A stretch of DNA of 46,529 nucleotides, the filler included, from Candidatus Woesearchaeota archaeon (GTDB taxonomy: Archaea > Nanobdellota > Nanobdellia > Woesearchaeales > J072): NCBI GenBank assembly GCA_003695265.1. It is 6 parts of 6 records of this genome, joined end to end, with 100 filler letters (N's around TTAATTAATTAA, not from the genome) between each part and the next. Parts side by side here need not be neighbours in the genome. Positions count along the whole stretch, not along the records: positions 9,379 to 23,711 come from RFII01000048.1; positions 23,812 to 26,818 come from RFII01000049.1; 4 more parts are not named here. One strand, given 5' to 3'. Position 1 is the stretch's first letter. Each line of letters opens with the position of its first letter. This document shows, in pieces, positions 19,119-26,918 of this stretch. The translations under genes were made by a program, and so were the position numbers. The notes under the pieces are model-generated. The model saw nothing but the letters and a program-made list of their open reading frames with translations, had not been told where the DNA came from and made no database searches.

Positions 19119-20407
19119 TTTAGCTTTTCTATAAGCCTGTCTTTTGGCAATAATTCCTCTTTTCCTGACTCCATGTTCCTCAGCTTGAACTTCTTCTGCT
19201 TTAATTCATCTTCTCCTACAAAAACAACGTAAGGAATTCCCATGCTGTTCGCAAAATTAAGGTTCTTGCTGATGCCCCTTCCTATTAAATCTATATCAGC
19301 GTTTATTCCATTATCGCGAATCTCCTTAACAAGCTTCATGCTCTCCTCCTGAGTTCCAATCGGAATAACATAAACTTTTGTCACACATTTCTTAACAGAT
19401 TTCTTGCTCAAGCGCAGGGTATCTGTTATTACTTCAAGACCGAAAGAAATACCAACAGCAGGAGTGTCAGAATTGCTGCTGAGCAAAGAGCCTATCATTT
19501 TATCATAGCGGCCTCCGCCGCACACAGAGCTGGTTATCTCGCTTTTTCTTAGGAAGCCCTCAAACACTGTTCCTGTGTAATAGCCAAGCCCTCTTGCCAA
19601 CGCCGGATTAAAGACAACGTTCTTTTTTTGGCTGCTGCTCAGAAAAGAGAAAACCCTTTCAATCTCATTAATACCCTCCTTTGCAGTATCCGACTTTAAG
19701 ATTCCTTTAAGCGTTTCAAGCTTATCCTCATTTGTGCCAGAAACCTTGAATGAAGAAAGCAATTTTGCGATTTGCTCATCATTAATCCCTTTCTCCTCGA
19801 GCTCTTTCCTAACCTCATTCTCGCCGAGCTTCTTTATTTTGTCAAGTGAAATCATTACGCTCTCTGCCTTGCTCTTCGGAATTCCTGCGAACTCAATCAT
19901 ACCAGTTAGGATTTTGCGGTTATTAACCTCAAGGTAAGCGTCAAAACCAAGCTCCTTAAACACGTCTAATGAAAGAGATATCAGCTCAGCGTCTGCAACC
20001 ACATCTTTTACTCCGACAGTGTCAACGTCGCACTGCCAGAACTCTCTGTACCTGCCGAGCTTTATTGGGCCGTCGCGGAAAACCTCGCCAATCTGATACC
20101 TTTTGAAAGGCATTTTCAACTGGGGATTCATACCAACAAACCTTGCAAGTGACAGCGTTAGCTCGAACCTCAAGCCGAGCTTCCTCTTGCCGCGATCCTC
20201 AAAAGTAAAAGCCTCCTGCAGAGCATCAGACTCGTTGCCTGCGCCGCCCTTTGCAGAAAGAACATCATATCTTTCAATTATCGGCGTTTCCAAAGGAGAA
20301 AAGCCGTACCTCTCAAAAATTCTGGTTAGCTTGCTAACTACCTCATTCCTCACAATCTTCTCTTCCGGCCCAAAGTCGCGGACTCCTTTAGCTGTTTGAA
20401 GCTTCAT
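19115..20407 (-). CDS. hisS: Histidine--tRNA ligase
   Basis: KGVRDF, GRYREFWQCDVD, LARGLGYYTG, GGGRYD; start moved to MKLQT. Confidence 0.97.
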   Translation of the reverse strand: MKLQTAKGVRDFGPEEKIVRNEVVSKLTRIFERYGFSPLETPIIERYDVLSAKGGAGNESDALQEAFTFEDRGKRKLGLRFELTLSLARFVGMNPQLKMPFKRYQIGEVFRDGPIKLGRYREFWQCDVDTVGVKDVVADAELISLSLDVFKELGFDAYLEVNNRKILTGMIEFAGIPKSKAESVMISLDKIKKLGENEVRKELEEKGINDEQIAKLLSSFKVSGTNEDKLETLKGILKSDTAKEGINEIERVFSFLSSSQKKNVVFNPALARGLGYYTGTVFEGFLRKSEITSSVCGGGRYDKMIGSLLSSNSDTPAVGISFGLEVITDTLRLSKKSVKKCVTKVYVIPIGTQEESMKLVKEIRDNGINADIDLIGRGISKNLNFANSMGIPYVVFVGEDELKQKKFKLRNMESGKEELLPKDRLIEKLK

Positions 20408-20433
20408 ATTATCCCCTATTTCTATTAACATAT

Positions 20434-20967
20434 TTATTTGTTTCCTTCTTCACAACATTTTATTGCCAGCTTTACAGCTTCCTCTGCTGTTTTTGCTTCA
20501 ACAATCCCTGATCTTTTCCTGCCGTCAAGATAAGAGCCAGCAATCTTATCAGACCAGCCGCCAAATCCTTGCAGAGCTATTATCGGAATGTTCGCCTGGT
20601 AAGCAACACAAATCTCGCTTAGAGTTCCTGAGCCGCCAGAAATAGTTATTATTGCGTCACAGCAAAGCACTAAAACAAATTCTCTCCCACCTCCTCTCTC
20701 AAGCCCTGTTGGTATAATAACATCAACGTCTTTCTCAAACACATTCTTTCCTTTTCCATAAGTTACTCCAACAACAAGACCTCCGTTTCTTTTTGCTGAC
20801 CTGCAAGCAACTGTTGGCAGTGAATCAAAATCCTTTTCTGCTCCGAAAACCAAAATGTTCCCACTTTTTGCAATCTCTCTTCCTATCTCCTCAGCAGCAG
20901 CTCTTGCTTCTTCTGTAAAAGAAAGGTCGGCTGTTGAGCCGACCACACCTATTTGCAGCTTCTTCAT
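20434..20967 (-). CDS. LOG/TIGR00725 family nucleotide-binding protein
   Basis: IGVVGS, IGREIAK, ISGGSGTLSE, GGWS. Confidence 0.85.
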   Translation of the reverse strand: MKKLQIGVVGSTADLSFTEEARAAAEEIGREIAKSGNILVFGAEKDFDSLPTVACRSAKRNGGLVVGVTYGKGKNVFEKDVDVIIPTGLERGGGREFVLVLCCDAIITISGGSGTLSEICVAYQANIPIIALQGFGGWSDKIAGSYLDGRKRSGIVEAKTAEEAVKLAIKCCEEGNK

Positions 20968-20972
20968 TCTTA

Positions 20973-21870
20973 TTACCTCCAAAATTTAGGAATCGGCTTC
21001 CCTATTCTGCTTATGTTATAACCTTGGCTGTCAAGCAGCTCAAGAAGCCTTTTGTTGAAGTTCTGACACAACTTTCTTGTATTCTCCACTCTTTCTCCAG
21101 GAATACTAGCCCATTCACTGAGGTTTTCCCAATAAGGAACAAAACAACCTTGCTTTCCAACAACTTTTCTGCCGTCAATCCCAAAGAAATCCCTTAGCTC
21201 AATCCACTCACTAAGATTATATTCTTGGACTGCGTCAATCTTAACATCACTCCCTAAACTTTTTCTTAGTTTATCTTCCGAATTACTGTTCAGCACAGCA
21301 ACTGTTACTGCATTAATGACATTTCCTTGCCTTTGTAGAAGATCACAAACAACTTTTAGTGTTCCTCCCTCAAAAACACCTACATCAATTAAGTTTATAG
21401 TGTGGGGTGAACCAATGTTTGCGATTTGCTCAGCTAAATCCTGAGTTCCAGGTCTTTCTGTTATAAGAACACTTCCATTATTATCCATTGTTCTTGAAAC
21501 ATCAAGGTATGTGTCTGCGTTCCTTACGTAAATCCTGTCCAGGCTGAGCGTAAAATCTCTGCTTTCAGCTACTCTTTCTTCAAGCCGCTTTGATGCTTCT
21601 TCTGCGTAAATCACTCTCAAGCTTAAGTTGTCAGGAACAAATTCTTTGAATTCAGAAATAAACTCCTTTTCAAGGTCCTTTATTCTCTGTGCTGTTTTAC
21701 ACTCTAAATCAATTCTTATCTTTCTTTCTAATGTTGGCAGAAGGTCTGCACTAATAAGATAAATCGGTCTGCCAATGAAGATCCTTTACACTGCTTTGCT
21801 CTGCTGATTTGCCTCGTGCAAAATACAATCCAGCTGCGTTTTCTAATTTACTTGTTTTTGTTTGCTCCAT
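20973..21870 (-). CDS. Phosphoribosyltransferase-like protein with a +1 frame break near codon 31
   Basis: ATG at 21870 after GGAGG gives 39 aa (stop 21751-21753). The +1 frame is open from 21785 to 20973, has no ATG/GTG/TTG before 21620, and contains the PRPP-loop-like LIDVGVFEGGT. Confidence 0.6.
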
Positions 21871-21908
21871 TCTATTTGCCTCCGCGCTTTAAGCCCGCAC
21901 GGCTTGAA

Positions 21909-22040
21909 GGCGGCGCCCGAGAATCGAACCCGGACCTAGAGATCCACAGTCTCTTATGCTGCCTTTACGCGAAAAAAATCCAAAAAGGATTTTTTTGCGT
22001 CCAAGAAATCCTTATGATTTCTTTGGACACCAACGCCGCC
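21909..22040 (-). tRNA. tRNA-His(GTG) with genome-encoded G-1 and a 60-nt insertion in the D-arm
   Basis: Acceptor GCGGCGT/GCGCCGC, anticodon arm AGAGA-CTGTGGA-TCTCT, T-loop TTCGATT; removing 21969-22028 restores a 72-nt cloverleaf. Confidence 0.88.
21969..22028. repeat. Two tandem 30-nt palindromic units inside tRNA-His
   Basis: GCGAAAAAAATCC-AAAAA-GGATTTTTTTGC (21969-21998) and GTCCAAGAAATC-CTTAT-GATTTCTTTGGAC (21999-22028). Confidence 0.85.
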
Positions 22041-22146
22041 ATAGTTACCTCTATTTTTTTAAAAAACGACGAAATTACAGCCAAAAAAGCCGAATAAAGC
22101 TTATTTTAGCTTTTTTTAAAGTTTTAAGCCTTGTTTTAGAATTTTA

Positions 22147-22255
22147 GGATAGCCGAAGCTATCCATGGAACATGTTTGAGCAGAACTTGGAGTTGGGACT
22201 AACAAAAACAGCTATTCGCTTTCTAGCAATGAAAACAACCAACTCCTGCCATTTT
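22147..22255 (-). ncRNA. Candidate structured RNA upstream of tRNA-His
   Basis: GGAGTTGG/CCAACTCC long-range stem and GGATAGC-TTCG-GCTATCC hairpin, downstream of a TTTAAATA box at about 22283-22292. Confidence 0.35.
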
Positions 22256-22307
22256 TATGATCAGATTCTAAAATACTTTTCTTATTTAAAAAGTTATTGT
22301 TTGTCAA

Positions 22308-22907
22308 CTAGAATTTTGCCTTATTCCTGCCTCTTTGCTCAACCACTTCAAACCGTTTTAGAATTTTGTTATAATCCTTCGCAACCTTATACCCTTGCAG
22401 CACTGCCTTAAAACACTTCTCCCAAATCTTTGTGTGCTTGCTTTCCAAAGCCTGCCTTAAAAGGTGAAGGTCAACTGCCTTGTCCTCTGTTTTTTCTGAG
22501 AAAAAGCTAAGCCCGAAATCAATAAAGAAAATATTTCTTCCTTTAAGAATCATGTTTGACGTTGTTAAGTCGCCGTGAATAATCCCTTGGTTATGAATCA
22601 GCGCAACAATTCTCCCAATCTCTTTGCCGATTGTTTTGCAGTTCTTCGTGTTGAGAACATCCCTTATTTTTTGGTCGTCAATAAATTCCATCTCAATAAC
22701 CATCTTTTTATCATCGCATTTCAAAAGCCTTGGAACAGGTATTTCTGCGCTTCTTAGAGCCTCAATAACTTTTGCTTCCCTCCTAGTCCTGGACTTTCTT
22801 ATCTTCTTGTCCAATTCGTCAAGCCTGTAACCCTTCTTCACCCTGTTTTTAATAATGTTTTTTCCTTTGAATATTACAGCCTCTGCACCCATTCCAAGTT
22901 GTTTCAT
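22308..22907 (-). CDS. bud32: KEOPS complex kinase Bud32
   Basis: GAEA, RTRREA, HGDLTTSN, IDFGL, EDKAVDL. Confidence 0.95.
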   Translation of the reverse strand: MKQLGMGAEAVIFKGKNIIKNRVKKGYRLDELDKKIRKSRTRREAKVIEALRSAEIPVPRLLKCDDKKMVIEMEFIDDQKIRDVLNTKNCKTIGKEIGRIVALIHNQGIIHGDLTTSNMILKGRNIFFIDFGLSFFSEKTEDKAVDLHLLRQALESKHTKIWEKCFKAVLQGYKVAKDYNKILKRFEVVEQRGRNKAKF

Positions 22908-22928
22908 AATAAATTAGAAATAGAAATC

Positions 22929-23711
22929 TTATTTATCTGTTTTGCCTTTCTTTGCTTCCTTTTTTTGCTCAGACTTATCTGCTTTTTTTGCAGGCTCTTT
23001 TTTTTCTGAAGCTTTTACTTTATCTTTTTCACTCTCACTTCTCTGCTCAGATGTCTTTTCTGCAGTCTTTTCTTCCTTTTTAGCCTGCTGCGCTTTTTTC
23101 TGCTCTTCCACTTCTTTCTTTTTCTCGAGGTTCTCTGCTTTCTCAACGTTTTTTGCCCTCTCATCAATCTTAAGGACTCTTATCTCACATGCTTTTATTG
23201 GATAAATATTCTTTACGTGGCTCCTTATACTTTTTTGGATTTTGAAATTAATGCAGTCATTAACCAATGTTTCGAAGTCGTGCTTTGAAGCGTAATCAAC
23301 AATGAATTTCTTTGATTCTTTCCTGAGGGCGCTCATAACAGCTTTGTTCGTGTTTGAAGCAGTCTGCAGCAGCGGCTTTATCCTGACTTTTTTCTTGTCA
23401 GAAGTCAATACTACAAACGAGTCATCAACTCTCCCTTTTCTTCTTCTAATCATCCTCTTTATGGAGGCAGGCATTACTTCAAAGCCTAAAACTTCAGTCT
23501 TCCCTACACCTCCATTTACTTCTGTAACCTTGAACTTCACATTTATTTTCTGCTTCTTTATGTCTCTTGTTATGTTCATCAAATTATAAGTGAATATTTT
23601 TCCGATTAACTGGGAAGAATCAAATACATATGATTCCCCTATTTCGCGCTCCCCAAACAATTTTGGAGCTACTATTTTAAACCATTTCTTTTTTCCCTTA
23701 AACCTCTGAGA
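22929..23711 (-). CDS. rps3ae: 30S ribosomal protein eS1 (S3ae), 5'-truncated by linker, K/E-rich tail
   Basis: Upstream in-frame KKWFKIVAPKLFG, then RMIRRRK..VDD and IYPIK.CEIR. Confidence 0.9.
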   Translation of the reverse strand, partial: SQRFKGKKKWFKIVAPKLFGEREIGESYVFDSSQLIGKIFTYNLMNITRDIKKQKINVKFKVTEVNGGVGKTEVLGFEVMPASIKRMIRRRKGRVDDSFVVLTSDKKKVRIKPLLQTASNTNKAVMSALRKESKKFIVDYASKHDFETLVNDCINFKIQKSIRSHVKNIYPIKACEIRVLKIDERAKNVEKAENLEKKKEVEEQKKAQQAKKEEKTAEKTSEQRSESEKDKVKASEKKEPAKKADKSEQKKEAKKGKTDK

Positions 23712-23811
23712 NNNNNNNNNNNNNNNNNNNNNNNNNNNNNNNNNNNNNNNNNNNNTTAATTAATTAANNNNNNNNNNNNNNNNNNNNNNNNNNNNNNNNN
23801 NNNNNNNNNNN
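23712..23811. other. Artificial contig linker
   Basis: N-run with TTAATTAATTAA. Confidence 0.98.
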
Positions 23812-25449
23812 GACTAAGATAACTATTATGATTGTTGGTAAATAAGTCACTATTGTGAATCCTTGTATGATCAGCTCAAACTCTCCTGTTATAACTTTGA
23901 ACAATGATTCCTCATTCTCACCATAATAAGCCCTTACCTTTATAGTTGGGTTTGCTTCTAAGTCAGACTCAACAAGATCTGCTTTTATTATTGAGGCTTT
24001 CGTGGAGCCAGGCTTTATCATTACAGTCTTTGATGATGCAAATGTCTGACGCTCATCCAGCACTAATAAGTCAAATATTTCTGTGTCAGCATAAGCAGTG
24101 ACTTCCCCAATGTTCTTTAAGTATATCTCAAACTGCTGCTTTGGCTTGTTATAAACAACTTTTGAAATGCTTATATCAGAATTATCAACAACCTGGATTT
24201 TCTCAACTAAGAACTCTTGGTCTAAAATGAACTCGAGAGAGTTCTTTGACTCGCCAAAGATAACAAACGCCTTGCCTGTTATAGGTTCTTCCCGCATAGG
24301 CTCAACTGTGTAGGTTAACACTTTTCTGTCGTTGCCTTCAATAAATACAGGCTCTAAGTCGCCGACAACCTGCTCTTGGTCTCCAGAAGTTATTGTGTAA
24401 GTGCCTGTGAAGTACGTTGCTATCTCAGCATTGTTCTTTACAGTGACTTCTATGTGGTTGCTTAACACATTGTATTTCACAGACTCAATTGAAAGGTTTA
24501 ACTTGACCTTTGGGAGGTAAAAAAGGTCTAATCCTTCAACCTCATTGATGAATCCTGTTGGGATTCGAGCGCTTCTTCCGAATTTTACGAAAACGCTTAT
24601 ACCAACCTCTCTTCTGATTGTCGTAGCACTTCTAACAAGCTCATTACCAATCAACACTCCAACCTCTATGTTGCTGTTCTTTATGTATTCCTTGACAACA
24701 TCAGGAACATTTGTGTTACCAATAAAAATCACTGGGTGCTTGCCAGACATTATTTCTGACTCTATGAACTCCCCGTTTGTTATAATGACTTGTTTTGCGT
24801 CATTAATTTCCTTATATCTCTTCACTATCTCAATATTATTTAAGAACCTGTCACCATCGTTGTTTATTACTTCAGGAGCAAACCTTTGCAGCCTTTCTCT
24901 TACTTCGCGGTCAACATGACCATAAATAAGCAGTGAATTAACAGTTCTTTCATCAAGAAAACTCTCGACCTCATCAATGTTCTCTTTCTCAGCAAAGAGA
25001 ACAAATGCTTTTGTGAGGACAGCGTAAGGCGCAACAGACACTGCATTATAACCATAAGAAGGATCAACTATTATAAAATTCTCAACACCAGACCTGTCAG
25101 CAAACTCCAAATTAATATTGTCAATTACTTCCTCTGAGACATTTGTGAAGCCCTGGCTTTCAGCAATGGACTTATAGTTTGCAACGTAAGGTTTTTTTGA
25201 TGTGATGAGCTCTAATGGTTGGTCCTTTCTTAAAGAATAAAGAATTATTGTTGAATGCTTTTCACTCACTAAGAATTGTGGGGCTAAATTCTCTCCCAGA
25301 TACCCATACAGCATCGTGGAATAAACGTCCTTCCAGTCCTTTGAATTCACAATAATCACAGTTTTAAGTGCGAAAGACTGGAATGAGAGCAAGCAGAGCA
25401 TAACTGCTAACAACACAAAAAAACCGCTTTTTTTAACCAAACCCCTCAT
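23812..25449 (-). CDS. Secreted/membrane-anchored surface protein (alpha/beta repeats plus two Ig/CARDB-like domains), 3'-truncated
   Basis: Signal peptide; IEVTVKNN and FEIYLKNIG beta motifs; C-terminal TM running into the linker. Confidence 0.7.
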
Positions 25450-25557
25450 CTTTCAAAATTTTAGTTTCTTAATCCATATAAAAATCTTTCGTTATTATGA
25501 CACAGCTAACCTAAATGTGATAAGTTTTAAGGTTAAGGGGGTGGTGTTGGGTGAGGC

Positions 25558-25601
25558 TAAAAACCTTTATAATCTCCTAACTCAACAAAATTGGCTTAAC
25601 C
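25558..25601. repeat. Dispersed 44-nt non-coding repeat, copy 2
   Basis: TAAAAAccTTTATAATCTCCTaACtCAACAAAATTGGCTTAACC; matches 9387-9430. Confidence 0.85.
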
Positions 25602-25609
25602 CGATAAAA

Positions 25610-26341
25610 TTATATCAATTCCAAATAGAAATAATATGCTGTGCTCGGCTGCGAGCCTTCTAAGCCATTTTCTGCAACTATTAACTGATAATCATATCTT
25701 TCCCCATTATAACCTACTTCTGAATTCTCAAGGAGACCTGTGTAGATAAGGTTTGATCCGTCATGCAAGAGCACTTCTTGGAACTTGGCGGATTGCTTCT
25801 GACCGTTTACGTAAAGGGCTGTTGACCGGCATGAGTTAGCGCTTATATGCACGGTTCCCGCGTAAAACTCTGCGTGGCTTGTTTCGTTGAACGTGTTGTT
25901 TATGCTGTCAGGACTGGTTGGTGTTATATTTAAAGCTGTTTCTTCTGCGTCAATGTTGCTTTGATTGGCGCACTTGATATTATCCCAATTAATCAGTCCA
26001 TTATACCTAGTAGCATAGATCTCTCCCTCTATAGATATAATGTCCCATTCGTATATGCTCTGGTTTTGAGAGTTCTGCAATGCCAATTTTCCTGTTATGT
26101 TCCCCACAAATGCTTTCCATCTCGGCGTTTGGGTTGTTACGTTTATGTTGACAACATTTATTGTTCCTCCTGAGACGTTTTGGACAGCGCCTATGCTTGG
26201 CAGCGGAGCAGTTGAGCTTATATTTTCCATAGCTGTTGGCGCAGAAGGGTGTGGGTATTCTCCCATAACAATATTTGTTATTATCATCATGACAAGTACC
26301 AAAACCAGCATTCTCAATCCTTTGCCTGCTAGCGAGGTCAT
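25610..26341 (-). CDS. Secreted beta-rich putative glycoprotein of unknown function
   Basis: Hydrophobic signal, many N-x-S/T sequons, Cys pair, C-terminal YYFYLELI; ATG at 26341 overlaps the upstream TGA (ATGA). Confidence 0.75.
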   Translation of the reverse strand: MTSLAGKGLRMLVLVLVMMIITNIVMGEYPHPSAPTAMENISSTAPLPSIGAVQNVSGGTINVVNINVTTQTPRWKAFVGNITGKLALQNSQNQSIYEWDIISIEGEIYATRYNGLINWDNIKCANQSNIDAEETALNITPTSPDSINNTFNETSHAEFYAGTVHISANSCRSTALYVNGQKQSAKFQEVLLHDGSNLIYTGLLENSEVGYNGERYDYQLIVAENGLEGSQPSTAYYFYLELI

Positions 26342-26817
26342 CTTCTTTTCCTCACCCCTCTGTTGTAGGCAGTCCAAATTGTTCTTTGGTCCTTGTTGAG
26401 CAATGATGCGATTTGGGCAAAAGAAATGTTGTATTCTCTTTTCAGGTAATGAACAACCACTTCTAGAATGCTTAGCTTAGGGTCAGCAAGCAGTTCTGCT
26501 CCAATGCTAATCATGCATTCTCTTGGCTTTGGAGGGTTCTTTTTCTCTGCATTTTTTACAGCAGTCCATATTGTGGGCTGTTTTCTTTTCAGAATGTTTG
26601 CTATTGAGGAAACAGAAATACCTTTCTCAGTATTCAAATAATAAGCAGCAGCCTCTAATGGGCTGAGATTGCCGGCAAATGCTGTTATAGGTATAAGATT
26701 ATCTTTTTCTCTTGTTATCTCTTTTATTTCTGAGTCTTTTACCCCATACCTTTTTTTCAGCTCGAGAACAATTATTTTAAGCTCTTCTTTAGAAAATTCG
26801 TCAAGATCTGCCTTGCT
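26338..26817 (-). CDS. Tandem HTH (sigma-70 region 4-like) DNA-binding protein, 5'-truncated
   Basis: Frame open to the linker; two repeats LSPLE..YYL..SIANILKRKQPTIWTA and LSILE..HYL..QIASLLNKDQRTIWTA. Confidence 0.75.
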   Translation of the reverse strand, partial: SKADLDEFSKEELKIIVLELKKRYGVKDSEIKEITREKDNLIPITAFAGNLSPLEAAAYYLNTEKGISVSSIANILKRKQPTIWTAVKNAEKKNPPKPRECMISIGAELLADPKLSILEVVVHYLKREYNISFAQIASLLNKDQRTIWTAYNRGVRKRR

Positions 26818-26818
26818 C

Positions 26819-26918
26819 NNNNNNNNNNNNNNNNNNNNNNNNNNNNNNNNNNNNNNNNNNNNTTAATTAATTAANNNNNNNNNNNNNNNNNNNNNNNNNN
26901 NNNNNNNNNNNNNNNNNN
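26819..26918. other. Artificial contig linker
   Basis: N-run with TTAATTAATTAA. Confidence 0.98.

Noticed and set aside
21816..22411. Plus-strand ORFs 21816-22097, 21956-22147 and 22172-22411
   Set aside because: They overlap tRNA-His, hairpins or bud32 in antisense and have no protein-like motifs.
25420..26341. Class III (prepilin) signal peptides in the surface proteins
   Set aside because: KKSG/FF and GKG/LR do not fit the archaeal [KR][GA]-hydrophobic pattern well, and these genes are on a different contig from the ATPase.
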